Assembly: GCF_006345805.1 (NCBI RefSeq)
Contig: NC_043022.1
Location: 9,114,001 to 9,178,000, forward strand
DNA: 64,000 nt
Origin: Octopus sinensis
Lineage: Eukaryota
Reading direction: 5' to 3'
Translations under genes and position numbers: made by a program
Part shown: in pieces, positions 11,823-25,730 of the stretch
Layout: every line of letters starts with the position of its first letter
Numbering within the stretch: the first letter of the stretch is position 1
The notes under the pieces: model-generated
The model's database searches: none
Seen by the model: the letters and a program-made list of their open reading frames with translations, nothing else
Told to the model about the DNA's origin: nothing

Positions 11823-13674
11823 TACTTTTGACTGTAGTGTTTACTTACTCAAGGCTGAAATGGCCCTTAACAACAACTTATGACAAACTAAAAACCTTCA
11901 ATAAAAATTTCATGTTAATTTGTTTTAATCACCAGCTTAATAATGACAAAATTATTCATTATGGGTGGAGGGGTGGCTGCATGGTAAGAAGCTTGCTTCT
12001 CAACCACAAGGTGCCACTGCATGGCATCTTGAGCAAGTGTCTCCTACTATAGTTTCAGGCCAAGTGGAGCCATGTGAATGTATCTAGTAGATGGAAACTG
12101 TTATGTGTATGTATAACTTTGTATCTGTGTTTGTTCCTCCACTTCTTGACAACCAGTGCTGATGTGTTTACATCCCTGTAACTTAGAGGTTCAGTAAAAG
12201 AAACCAATAGAATAAGTACCTGGCTTTAAAAAAAGTGATTACTGGAGTCAATACATTTGACCAGAAATTCTTAAAGGTGGTGTCCCAGCATGGTCGTAGT
12301 CTAATGAATGAAACAAGTAAAAAAAAAGAAAAAATATTTTGAAAATTCACTGAAATAAAAGCAGTGCATGCTGAAAGAAATGACAGTAGCAAAAGGGTTA
12401 AAAGGAAGGATATATATATATAGAGAGAGAGAGTAACATGATCCTTAATACACTATACTTGAAAATATAAACAAGATGGTCATGGATGGAATTCCTTTGA
12501 GTAAAGGCTGGGCCTTGGTCAGATTTGGCCTGCAGCTATATAACAACCACCCTTATTGGTATTCCCCACTTTATATTTCACCTCTCAAGCATACAACTGC
12601 AAGATTTATTGTACTGTTACCACCACCAACAACAACAACCCTTCCACCCACTCATTGTCCCTATTTATAGACAGTTGAAGTGAGCCACTGACAGTTAAAT
12701 GTATTCACCAGATATTTAAAACCAATGACAAGACAGAAACTGTCAAGATTGTTTGGCCACCAGCCAGACAAACATCCCAATATCTTGATAAACTCAACTG
12801 GTGTTTGTTGCCCTTTCTCAATGTTCTACACTTATCACACATTAACAAATACATTTTTTTGTTCTCTTCTTCATTTCTCTTTTTCTTTTTCTTTTTTTTT
12901 ATTAACTGAACCAGTTTTATTGACAGAATATTTAGCATTAATATAGAATTAGTTCCGATTGGATCTTTTAATAAATAATCCTTGTCTTTATCCCTTCTCT
13001 CTATTTAGCAGTACATCGACTTGCAATGCATTGCCATGACTGGTTGCCAAACCAATACGCAGCCATAGTCATGATGTAAAGCCCATCTTCACACCAATGA
13101 AAGCATACTTTTATTCTATTATTGGTTTCAACCAGAGGCTGTGACCTTACTGGGGTACTGCCCTTAGTGCTAATGGAAACAAATGGTTCAGTGGTTAGGG
13201 GTGTTTGGTTCATGATAGATTATGGGTTTCACACTGTATGGCTGTATGGTAAAAAGCTTGCTTCCCAACCACATGGTTCTGGCACGTTGTGTTTCTGAGC
13301 AAAACACTTCATTTCATGTTGCTTCAATTCAGTGGGGAATACATGTGCCACAGAAACTGGGAAACTAACCCTCTGAATCTATATGACCCAGGAAGGGTCT
13401 CACCTTGTTTATTTTAGACTTGCTTCCCAGCTCTTTCACTGGAATCAGTCCTCTTAAAAAAACTGAGTTGGACAGAGTGGTACTTATTCATGTTTCTTGT
13501 CATGATGTGTGCTCATCTCATATATCAGATGACGGTTTATCTAATCATACTTAAAACCCATCCACATCTACACTTTTTAGATCTCCAAGGCTTTTTGACA
13601 AGGCATAGAAAAGTTGCAGGCTTAAGCTGTTACAGTATTAGGTCCTTTCTCTTGACAGTTGGTTCCGACTGACA

Positions 13675-14348
13675 TCTGGCAGCCAATATCTCTCGCGGGC
13701 GAGGACCTGGAGAATGTAGAGTCTTTCATCTACTTGGGCTCAACGGTGATCCCAAATGGTCAGGGTGCAGCTGAGGTCGATCATCACATCAATGCTGCTC
13801 TCATCGGTGACCAAAGGGCGAATATATCAGGCCGTCATTCGTACTTCTCTATGGCTGTGAAACGTAGCCTATGCAGGTGGTTGATCAACGAAGGCTGGAA
13901 GCCTTTGACGATGACTGCCTCCAGTGCATTCTTCGCTGCCATCGGGTGGATCGAGTTCCCACTGCCAATCTCCGACTTCGCCTGTCTCTGCGGCCCCTTC
14001 CATCTGTCCTTCTGCAACAGTGCTTGCGGTGGTTTGGCCATGCATGTAGGCGTCCGGTAGGTGAACTGAGCCGTGACGTCCTTTTCCCAACTGCACTTCT
14101 CAACTGGTGGAAACGCGCAGGCAGGCAGCTGAAGACCTGGGTTACGATGATCAAGGAGGACCTCTCCATGCTCACGGGACCGCGGGTGGTCGGCCTGCGC
14201 CGATGGAACTATGACTGGCTCGCTATCTCCAGTGAACTGGCACAGGACCGTCGTGCGTGGGCTGCCATAGTTCAAGATGCCTCGAGGGTGCTAGAAGAAG
14301 CCGACTCAACCCGCCCAGGGTGAATGTCGCCACAAGTAAAAGTAAGTA
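13675..14348 (+). mobile_element. Second RTE-family LINE 3' fragment, frameshifted
   Basis: LENVESFIYLGS...LRWFGHACRR...KTWVTMIKEDL...LAQDRRAW, with a caagtaaaagtaagta tail. Confidence 0.88.
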
Positions 14349-15455
14349 CAGTTGTGGGGAAGGGAGCAAAATATTTATTTCTATGCAGAGTACAAATAAT
14401 ACCCCAGTCAAATGTAAAAGAGTGCAATTTATACACAAGTAGATACAGTTTTTGTTATATTTCATGCCTTTTCTCTCCATTCCAGGATTAAATTTTTCGT
14501 ATTAAAATAATTTAACCCTTTAACATTTAAATTAACAATATCTGGCTGAAATATTGTTTAATGTTCCAACTGGCCAGGTCTGGCCTCTTACACCTATCCT
14601 ACAATGTCGTTCCAAAAATGTACAATCACATTATTGAAATCTTGAAGCTACAAGATAGTGAATGATTAATTCAAAACCATCTTTTATCAGTCGTTTCAGT
14701 TGTAAGACTGTGGCCATACCGGAGCACCACCTTCAAGAATTTTTTAGCCAAATGAATCAGGCCCAGTGTTTTCTTTTTCTCTTTTTAAACCTGATACTTA
14801 TTCTATAGGTCTATTTTGCCAAACCGCTAAGTTATGGATATGTAAACACAACACCACCAGTTGTCAAACAATGAAGTAGGGGACAAACAGATAGATACAA
14901 ACACAAACATAATCTTTTACTTTTATATTTGTTTCAATCATGTAACTGTGGCCATGCTGGAGCATCGCCTTTAGTCAAACAAATTAACCCCAGGTTTTAT
15001 TCTTTGTAAGCCTGGTACTTATTCTATCATTCTATCAGTCTCATTTGCTGAACTGCTGGGTTACAGGGACGTTAATACATCAACATTGGTTGTCAAGCGA
15101 TGGTGGGGGAGGGGGGACAAACAAAAGACACACACATAAATATATATATATATGACGGGCTTCTTTCTGTTTCTGTCCACCAAATCCACTCACAAGGCTT
15201 TAGTTGGCCGGAGGCTATATATAGAAGACACTTGCCCAAGGTGCCATGCAGTGGGACCGAATCTAGAACCATGTGGTTGGGAAGCAAGCTTTTTACCACA
15301 CAACCATACAGTGTGAATAAATATTAAATTGGACAGAGTATTTTGAATGCTAAAGGATTAAAAATGAAAATGTTTTTCTTGTTTTTAAGATGTCTTAATT
15401 GTAGATGCTTATTTATTTATCTATTTAATTATTTATTTATTTTTGCTGTTTCCAG

Positions 15456-15566
15456 CAAGCAGGGAATTACATGAACCATCCACTTCCTCCGATACCAAGA
15501 GCAAATACCAGATATATAACCAACGACGAGATTGATGATGAGTTCAACTGGGACAAACTGCTATGA
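15456..15566 (+). CDS. FoxJ2/3: Terminal coding exon QAGNYMNHPLPPIPRANTRYITNDEIDDEFNWDKLL*
   Basis: Acceptor ttttgctgtttccag|CAA, phase 0, TGA at 15564-15566. The C-terminus resembles the FOXJ2/FOXJ3 ending (recalled as NEEIPDDFDWDLIT in human FOXJ2). No forkhead domain is in the window. Confidence 0.7.
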   Translation, partial: QAGNYMNHPLPPIPRANTRYITNDEIDDEFNWDKLL

Positions 15567-17017
15567 AATTTCAAATTTTTAACATTGCAATATATTAAAT
15601 GTACAACAAGACAGTAACAGTTATGTACTGGGGTTGGACAAAGGTTTCAATTTAACATTCCCACAATGCATCTTTGATGGGAACAGAAAAAGTTTGAAAA
15701 AAAAATAATCCACAAAAACAATTTAAAAAACAAAAACAATACCAGTGTAATACTGGTCATTTGATTTTAATATTTCCCATAATGCATTCTTGATGGGACT
15801 AACAATTATTATAGAAGACAAAGGTGTTTGAAAAAGACAAAAAATATTACAAATTAAATGAGGAGTTGAAAAGAAGCTATAAAAAGTTTTTAAAAATTAA
15901 TAAAATTGAAACAAATAAAAGACAAAAAAAAACAATAAAAAGGTGCCATTTCTGCACTTCCTGTTTGAGACAGGCAAAAACAACAACAAAAAGAAAGAAA
16001 AATACTAAACAAATACCAAAAAAGAAAAAAAACAATATTAATATATTCCATGTAGAATCTATTCTTCACACACTGTTTTAAACCTATGCACCACACACAC
16101 CAACACACACACACACACATATATATATACACGCACATGCATACTACAGACATGCTTATACAAACATATGTACATATATACACATTCACTCAAACACACC
16201 AGATTATCTGTTCAATTCAGGTTAACAGCTGATAAGCTATTGAGTCTAAACCCTGTAAAACGATTCATTTGATGCATCATTCTCTTTTTATCTATCTTTC
16301 TATCTATTTACCTATCTAACTTTCTATCTCTGTCTCCTATCTGTCTATTAATTTACAAATTTCTATGTCTTTTCAATGCTATCTCTCTCTCTCTCTCTAC
16401 CTATCTATCAGTCTATCCATTAATTTAGAAATTTCTAGGTCTTTCCAATGCTGTCTATCTCTCCTCTTGATACATATATACATATTCACATATACACGTG
16501 TATGTGTATATATATGTTTACATCATATGAATTTAAGAACTTTGAGAGATGTGAAATAATTCGTTTTTAAATAGAGGGGTAAAAAAAAATACCTTTGAAT
16601 AGTAAAAAATCAAAGGCTGCTCGTTCCACCATTAAAAACGAATTTTATATATACACATACATAGGGGTCCAACCCATGTCAGCATGGAAAAAAAGAATGT
16701 TAAATGATGTATATATGTATAACTCTATTACTTAATTCTCTATATCTGTATATTTATCAGTTAATCTACCTATGTGTCTGTCTGTTTGTCTACATATCTC
16801 TCTCTCTCTTTCCATACCTTGTTTGTTTCTGTCTTTGACTATCCTTAAATCCACTGCCAGACTCCTACTGGAAAATGGTTATACCTGCTGACAATGATGC
16901 TGCTGCTGCTGCTAATGATGATGATGGTAATGATGATGCTACCAACCACCTGCTGGAATATTTGTTGCTAATTGTCTCCCGAGACAAGATATGAATGGGC
17001 AAGGTATTGGTTTGATA

Positions 17018-17249
17018 AAGGCGGCGAGCTGGCAGAATCGTTAGCACGTCGGGCGAAATGCTTAGCGGTATTTCAGCTGCCGTTACGTTGTGAGTTCAAA
17101 TTCCGCCGAGGTCGACTTTGCCTTTCATCCTTTCGGGGTCGATAAATTAAGTACCAGCTACGCACTGGGGTCGATGTAATCGACTTAATACCTATGTCTG
17201 TCCATGTTTGTCCCTTCTATGTTTAGCCCCTCGTGGGTAATAAAGAAAT
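17018..17249 (+). mobile_element. tRNA-derived SINE (family B) with 16-bp target-site duplication
   Basis: Head ggcggcgagctggcagaatcgttagc, B-box-like gagttcaaattcc; aggtattggtttgata at 17002-17017 and 17250-17265. Confidence 0.9.
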
Positions 17250-17859
17250 AGGTATTGGTTTGATATCTCCCCTACCTCAGAAACATACCTAACTATATAT
17301 ATATATGCACACACACACATTCATGTACGTATATATATATATATATGCATACGCACGTGTGTACATATATGTATATATACACACACACATGCATGTGTGT
17401 AGACATGTGGATCTACATCTATGTATTTGTGCAAAGAAAGGCAAATACGTTCCTGAGTGAGAAAGAAAAACACAACCCCACATATATATAATATATACAC
17501 ACTGCATACAAAAGCATATATATACATACATAATGTATCTGTATGTATAGTTATCTTTGTATGCACTGGTGAAAGAAAGGGGGAATAACAATAAAAACTA
17601 AATGAGCAAGAAAGAGAGAGAGAGAGATGGCGTTGGTGGTATCAGTGAAGGAGAAAAATATGTTGGTGATAAAGCATAGAAGGTAAATAAATAACAAGCA
17701 TATATAAGTAAACAATAACAATTTGCCCCGCACCTTTCTACTTCAAACAGACTGATAGATGTCTGCATAAGATGAAGTGTTATTATTAAGATACAAATAT
17801 TTTGGGCTATTTACTTCATCTTCAATAATAAAACAAATTTTCTTTTTTAATATTTATAT

Positions 17860-18300
17860 CTACACTATGTTTCAATCCATTTGATCTCCAATCATCATCG
17901 GGTGTTTTTGTTTCCAGTATGTGTACATAGACCCAAGCTGGATTTGAACAAGGAACCTTTATCCTTTATGTTTAATTTTCTGAACTACTAAACTAATCAA
18001 TGGAGTGTATATTTACAATATTTAATTTACACTGTTTTGATCTATCTGATCTCCAGTCATCATCAGGTAGGTGGCTTATTCCTGAACATGTACGTATAAG
18101 AATTCCTGTACTATTAAACTTTAATGTCTTTGAGTGGTAATATCTGCAATATTTTCTATCACACTATGCTGCAATCAGTTTTAATTGCTAATCATCATGA
18201 TCAGGTTTCTTATTCCTGGATGTGTACATAGAATAAAGCTGGATTTGAACTAGGAAATCTGTCTTTCAAATTTTTTTTTTCATTCTGTTAACCTAAGTTT
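17860..18300 (-). repeat. Degenerate tandem repeat (periods 167 and 132 bp) whose units carry decayed hammerhead-like cores
   Basis: acact at 17862, 18029 and 18161. Minus strand reads (C/T)GATGA-tga..ggagatca..at(t/c)-(G/A)AAA-ca(ta)gtgt; a related copy is at ~19535-19575. Confidence 0.5.
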
Positions 18301-21300
18301 TAGAATACCAGTTTTTAAAATTTTTTTACTTTTTTTTAATATTTTTTACTTGTTTCAGTCATTCAACTATGGCCATACTGGGGCACTGTTTTCGAGGGTT
18401 TAGTCAAACAAATCAACCCCAGTACTTATTTTTTCAAAGCCTGGTACTTATTCTGCCAGTCACATTTGTTGAACCACTAAGTCACAGGGATGCAAAGAAA
18501 CCAACACCAAGCAGTGGTTAGACATGGACACATGCACACGCATAAACATGATGGGCTTCTTTCAGTTTCCATCTTCTAAATCCACTCAAGGCTTTAGTTG
18601 ACACAGAGCTATATAGCAGAAGACAATTGCCCAAGATGCCATGCAGTGAGACTGAACCTGGAACCATGTGGTTGAGAAGTAAGCTTCTTAACCACACAGC
18701 CACAGCTGCACCTATATTTACAATATTTATATCTATTGTAATCGATGTGAGAGGTATCTCTCAATGTGGACATAGTCCCAGATTGACTTCACACCAGAAA
18801 TTTCTAATTTCCCAAACTGTTTGATTTTTAAACTGTACATTTCACTAACTAACAGGAATTTCTAAGAAAGAAAGCTCAACAGCAGAAGGTATTCAGAGAA
18901 ATCCGCACCACTCCCTTGTGCAAATGATTCAAACCCTTAATTGCTTACACTCTAAGGGGCCAAGATGCATCCAGGTCCTAATTCCTGGCTACCCATCTCA
19001 TGCCACATTCTGTGCTACTGTTTGCATTCACGGTACTCCTGCATGGTTAGGTACCCCAAACCCAAGATACCCTGGGTATTGCAAACACATCTGCTCTCCC
19101 TGGAGTTTCTTACTATGCTATTCGTTTACTCTCTAATCCTTTTTACGTGTTCCCCTCATTTGACTGCGACCATGCTGGAGCACTGCCTTAAAGAGTTTTA
19201 GTCGAAGTAATCAACCCCAGGACTTATTCTTTGTAAGCCTAGTACTTATTCTATCTGTTATTTTTGCTGAACTGCCAAGTTACAGGGACACAAACCCACC
19301 AGTATTAGTTATCAAGCAATGGTGAGGGGATAAACATAGACACACACACATATACACAATGGGCTTCTTTCAGTTTCTGTCTGCCAAATCCACTCACAAG
19401 GCTTTGGTTGGCCCGAGGTTATAATAGAAGACACTTGCCCAAGGTGCCATGCAGTGGGACTGAACCTGGAACCACATGATTGGGAAGCAAGCATCTTACC
19501 ACACAGCCACACCTAAACCTATATTTACATTTCTTAAGTGTTTCCAGCACTTTGATCTCAGATTATCATCAGTTGTATTATTTCTGATAATAGTTACTAG
19601 ACTGGATTCAAATTTTTAAACTGTGTAATAACAACTGAAACATAGTAAGGGATGAAAATACTAATTTCTAATTGAGGTACAATGGTAGTAAGTTACCCTG
19701 GGTATTAATGTCTTGAACCCTAAGACTCATAAGGGATGGTTACCCAGTTTCTATGGTGTTCAAGTGACTGAGATCACAATATGTTGCCCAAATGGGATTC
19801 CAGTGAAATGAAGAGACTTGCTCAAGAACACAACATACTGCCCAGTCCAGGAATTGAAACCACAATCTGGGAAGCATGAATGCAACACCCTAACCATCAG
19901 ACTGTACACCTTCACAGTTGAGGTACAATGATACAAATGTTGCAGGAGATGAACATTAGGTATTGCCTCCAGTATCTACTTGACTGGTGCTTGTTTTTAA
20001 TCGACCCTAAAAGAATAATCAGCAGAGGAATTGAATGCAGAGATAAAAGGGGTGTCATTATTATACAAGGTCAGTCCACATTACTCCATAAGGAGCATAG
20101 GACTGGTTTCCAGATCCTTGGATGAGATGCTGGCCCATCACACGACTACTCATTTTTACCAGATGAGTGGACTGGAGCAATGTGAAATGAAGTGTTTTAC
20201 TCAAGAACACAACATGTCACCCAGTTCAGGAATTGAAACCACAACCTTACAATCATGAGTCCAACACCACAACTACTAAGCCATACGTCTCTACAATACA
20301 GTATACCATAATTTATCACACAATTACTTCAGCTAACCTATAGCCTTCGTCTTATGTAAATTGTGAAATCTAATAGTCAGCAGAAAGTCATCAATTTTAT
20401 AAGTGGCAAAATTAGTTATCTAACACAATCTTGAGCAAACTGGGGCCCATCACTCTTCCTGAAAGGCATGCCTAACAACAAAACATCGCCTTTGATTTTT
20501 TTAATAGTGCAGCTCACCTGATGATGAGCCATTCTCATGCAGTTGGCTTCTCACAAAAGGTGTCCCAGGTCTATTCTAATCCAATAATTCTAATGCCATG
20601 CCACTTCCTATTATGTACTTAGCAATTCCAGTTCTTCCACTAGTAATTATTCTTTCTCTATGGTTAAATAAAGGAGGGAGGAGGAGCAGTATTCTGAGAT
20701 GGGTGAGAGGGAGTTACCCTCAGACCAGAAGGTTTGCTACAGAGTAGTCTGCAGCAAAGGCAGCCAAGAAACTTGTGATGATGAGATTTAGCAGACTATC
20801 AGATGTTGTTATACCTTGCTGCTCACAATGCACTTTGCATCATTTTAGCCTTCAAATAACACCATCCTGTTGGCTAGGCAAACACACCAACGTTTCCCCC
20901 ATGATCAAAAGCGGGGGCTGGGGCAATGTAACATGAAGTGTTTTGCTCAAGAACAGAATACGCTGCCTAATCTGGGTATTGAACTTACAATCTAGCAACC
21001 ACGAGTCCAACACCCAAACCATGAGGCTATGTGCCTTATATATATATATATATATACACACATCCATGTGACTGACCAGGCTATCAGATGTTATACATCA
21101 TTGGTCACAATGCACTTTACGTTGTTTTAGCTATGGAATTACGCCACCCTGCTGGCTCGACAAGCAGGTCAACTTTTCCCCATGATCGAAATGGGAGACT
21201 GGAGCAATGTGAAATGAAGTATTTTGCTCAAGAACACAATGTGCTGCCTGGTCTGAGAAATGAACCCACAATCTAGCAATCGTGAGTGCAACACCCTAAC

Positions 21301-23559
21301 CAATAGGCCATACGCCTTTACTAAAGAACTTGATGTTGAATTAGGAGACAGATTAAACTGACTCTCCCTTCACCCCTAGGGATGGAAGTCGAAGCTGATG
21401 GGAGTCAAACTCAAAATAGAAAAGGACATATAGACATATTAAATAACACAAAGGATTTAAGCTGTTGCTCTACCAATTTTTACAATTCATACACATGTCT
21501 ATATGTGCATGTGTAGGTGTGTGTTGGTTGATACAAATATTTAAGAAACAAACATTAAAAAAGAATCTTTCATATCCAGCGATGAGGCTGATAATTCAAA
21601 ACTGAAAAAATTATCGTTATTAATGAAGATGATGCTAAAAAACACAAAATTCTGAACTGATAAACTCACAACAAATGGAAAAAAAAAAAAAGAAGAAAAA
21701 GTTTGAAAATATTTCGAAAACAATTTCCTTCAACAAAAAAAAGGACCAATTTGCATGGAGGGTGGGGGGGTTGAAGAATTTCTTTCTTTTAATCTATGAG
21801 AGATCATTCTTATAATTAATTTCATTATTATTATTATTATTATTTAACATTATAAAAATATAAACCAATATTATGACTATGTTTTCTTTTGGGTTTTTTT
21901 TTGGTGTACTTTTTCTTTTGTCCTTTAATTTATTAATTTTATATTTCAATAAAATATGGACTTTTTTCCCCCTTCTGAAAAACAAATAGGGAAACCGTAA
22001 TATTTGTGTGTTTCTGTGTATGAATATGTGAGAAAAAGAGAGAGAGAGAGAGAGAGAGTGCAAATGAGTATGTGTGTATATAAATGTGTGTGTAATATAT
22101 ACATATATTTGTAAATTTCTGTGTCTGCACATATATATGTATAACATAAGTATGTGTGTTTGCATATGTGTGTGTGTGTGTGTGATATATATATATATAA
22201 TGTACATGTGTGTATATATACCTATGTATGTGTATGTATAATATATATATGTATGTGTGTGTGTATATAATATATATGTATGTGTGCATATATATATATA
22301 ATACATATATGTATGCATTTGTATGTATAATGTAATATATATGTATGTGTGTGTATATATAATATATATATGTATGTATATAGAAGTGTGTGTATATGTA
22401 TATATAATATGTATAAGTGGCAGTAGGCACTCTAGGTACATGACAAATTCATATATATATATATATATACATACACACACACACATACATACATAAAATG
22501 ATGTATGTAAATATTAGGAGTAAAAATCCCTCTGGATAGAAAAAAAAAATAATCAAAGGTTGCCTATGGGAATTGGACTGACAACTTCTGTAGAAATAAG
22601 AGACATTCTATAATTCAAGTCCCACAGGTAACCTTCAACTTTTTCTATCCCAAATGTTTTTTGACCCAATGTTATTATCTATGGCTTTACCGACATTGAG
22701 TTCAACTGTCAAAAATAAATATATATATATACCCTGTTACTCATTTCAGCCATGCGGCTGTGGTCATGCTGGAGCACCTTTTACTTATTTCAGTCATTTG
22801 ACTGGACCTGAAGGGTTTTAATCGAACAAATTGATCCTTGGACTTATATCTTAAGCCTAGTACTTATTCTATAAGTCTTTTTCGCCAAACCACTAAGTTA
22901 CCAGAACATAAACACACCAGCATCAATTGTCAAATGGTGATGAGTGACTGTGTGCAACAAAAGGTTAACTGCCAATATTACCATCTCTCTCTCCATGATG
23001 AGTTTTTCCCCCATTTTCTGGTAATAAAAAAGATTGCTTTGTTTTACTTTATTTTGTTTATGTATGTATATGTATGGTTTCTTTTTCTTTTAAACTTCAA
23101 GGTTCCTAATTAACTAACATATGAGAAGATCTGAAATGATGATTTTTTAGGGATTCAATTAAAAGAATCTACCAAGTTGATGTTAATTTATGGCACAATT
23201 TTATGCAAAGACCCAGTTTGTTTTCAATGCCATGATAACGCTAATCATAATACTGAAAAATTATGCTAATTTTTATGCAAAAGTAAAAAAGATATGAAGA
23301 AAATTGTAGGACTCAATAGCAGAAACAGCAGAACAGTTAACATACATGTACACATATACACCTATATATACACACATGTATACACATATTTATATGTGTG
23401 TACATATTATATACATATATACATAAAAACTACGATTGTGTGTGTATGTAACTATGTATATATGTATGTGTGTGTATATAATTATATACATGAAAGAATG
23501 AGTTTTCAACAACATGCACGTGGCAAAAGATTTCTTTTAATGGGATTTCATAGGTTCTG

Positions 23560-24040
23560 CATGAATATATTTGCAGTTATTCTGTCTGAGTTTGACTAAT
23601 GACTGACAACTCTGTGAATTTAACCTGCAACAGTGTGACATGAGATATTGCAAGCTTACAGATAAGACGAGATGTACAAGACCATAAACTAGTGGCAAAG
23701 AATATTATTCTTAAACAACAATACTGTTGACAATGACTTCGAAGTTTTGGCCAGTTGGACTGCGATGAATTGAAGTTAATCTTATATTTATATAGTCTAT
23801 CTTGAATCAAAATTCTCCTTAGGTGTTTGTTTTTATGTCTACGTAATTACAATAAAAACAGATTAAAATTAAATTGAAGAATTACACAATGCTTTTTTTT
23901 ATAGTTTTAGAGTACATTTACAAGAGGATTGGCAGTGAGCTCAAAGATTCAGGTTGCTAAACTTTGTCAGACCGTGGCTGGTAGTCTGACGAAGGCCACT
24001 GGACTGAAACTTTGAAGTCACTGTACCCTACTTTTTTGTA
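23560..24040 (+). mobile_element. Decayed PLE 3' end
   Basis: Remnant translations DFEVLAS, LKLIL and SILNQNSP resemble a GIY-YIG C-terminus; followed by a hammerhead motif. Confidence 0.5.
23981..24024 (+). ncRNA. Type I hammerhead ribozyme
   Basis: gtagt-CTGACGA-a-GGCC actg GACT-GAAA-CT ttga AG-TC-actgt: intact core, canonical GUC triplet (cleavage after 24019), stem I 3 WC + 2 GU, stem II with one mismatch. Confidence 0.7.
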
Positions 24041-24164
24041 AAAAAGTGTATGTTAAATGATACATGGAGATTTATACTCATGACTTTAAGTTTCTGTATA
24101 AACAATTTGAGGATTGTTACACATCTTAAGCTGTTGCAGGCCCGGTGTGCATGGCACTATTGAT

Positions 24165-24620
24165 TATTTTTATTTATTTTCTTTTTATTTTATCCAGTTT
24201 CAGCTCACGAGATGTGGCCATGCTGGGGCACCGCCATTTGGTGTTGCTACATGATTTTGCTTCACAAATGCTTTTTAGCAATTGCCATTTGGTGCATGAG
24301 AGAGTTTGATGCAGCTGCACTTCCTGCCGTGAAGTTGGTTCATCTGGGACACCTGACAGGAAGAGATCCAGTTTTATTTTAAAGACATCTGCATCCATCC
24401 CATGCAGGTCTCTCAGGTTCTTCGGGAGGATATTGAAGAGCTGTGGGCCTCTGAAGCCCAGGCTATCACAGTATCTTGTCCTACATCATGATGGCAAATT
24501 TGGAGTCCTTGGCACTATGCAGTGGCGATGTACCAGGCTTGGAACAGCTAAAACATGCAATGATCATCATAAGGACAGAGAAACTTGAAGTTCTGAACAC
24601 GAGTCTCCATAGCTGTATCA
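24165..24620 (-). mobile_element. CR1-like LINE 3' end (second family)
   Basis: Translates GFRGPQLFNILPKNLRDLHGMDADVFKIKLDLFLSGVPDEP; 3' UTR ends ggcggtgccccagcatggccac...ctgaaactggataaaataaaa. Confidence 0.85.
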
Positions 24621-25678
24621 TTTAATAAATACAGTCCTCTATTCCCAATGATATTGAGGTCTACCACTTTTGTAGTCGCTCATGGTTTGTCTATATATAT
24701 ATATATATATATATATTTACACACACTCACACATGGTTCTGTGTTTGCTGCCGGCACCAAAAAGGGCTGAAAGCACAGGCAGCCATGCCAAATCATTAGC
24801 ATCCAGTCATCTCTTTTCAGAGTAAGCATACAAAGGAGAAGCATTTTGGGTAGATTGTTTCAATGTAACAACATTACTAGCATTATATGTTTGGGGACGA
24901 TACCCTGTATGTGCTTCTTATTGTTAATATTAATACGCAAGCTTGAAAAGTGTGTGAGATCTGCAGTAGTGATCGATTGCAGTAATTGTTGTGAAGCTTA
25001 TTATGTGTTTAAGTTATATTTAGGATTCTTCTATGCAACATTAGTATAGTCTGGTATATTGAATAACTGCAAATATATTTACATGAAACCTATGGTATCA
25101 GACCACTGAATTGTAATAAAGGTGTGTGTGTGTATGTATACACAAACACACACAAACATATATATATATACACACCATACACATTCACATATACATAAAC
25201 ACACACACATACATGTATACATATATATACACACACACACATATCTATACATGCATACACATATATAAATATATAACAGATGTGTACATACATATATGTA
25301 TATATGGATACACTTACGTATGTATATATACTACACACACACACATACAAATGTACACACAAACAAACTTTCCATGTTATTTATTGAAAACAAAAGTAGC
25401 TTAGTTGATTTATGTGTGTGCTATTGTAATAATAATAATATTAATAAAAATAATAACAATAATGAAAAATCAATAAAAAGACCAGCAACATTTAAATCTT
25501 ACTGAATTGTACATATTATAAATATTATTCTTTATTTCATACTCTTCAACCGGAAGCAAACCATTCTCAACTGTGTACCATACTGTTTTTTAACATTAAG
25601 AGCATTAGTACAGTCCAATTTTTTTGTACTGCAGACATACTGATAGATCCCAAATGGCAAGACAGACAGACAGCCACA

Positions 25679-25730
<52 letters not shown>

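Noticed and set aside
20514-20561. CTGATGA with a 6-bp stem II and stem I pairing
   Set aside because: GAAA and the cleavage triplet are missing; at most a dead remnant.
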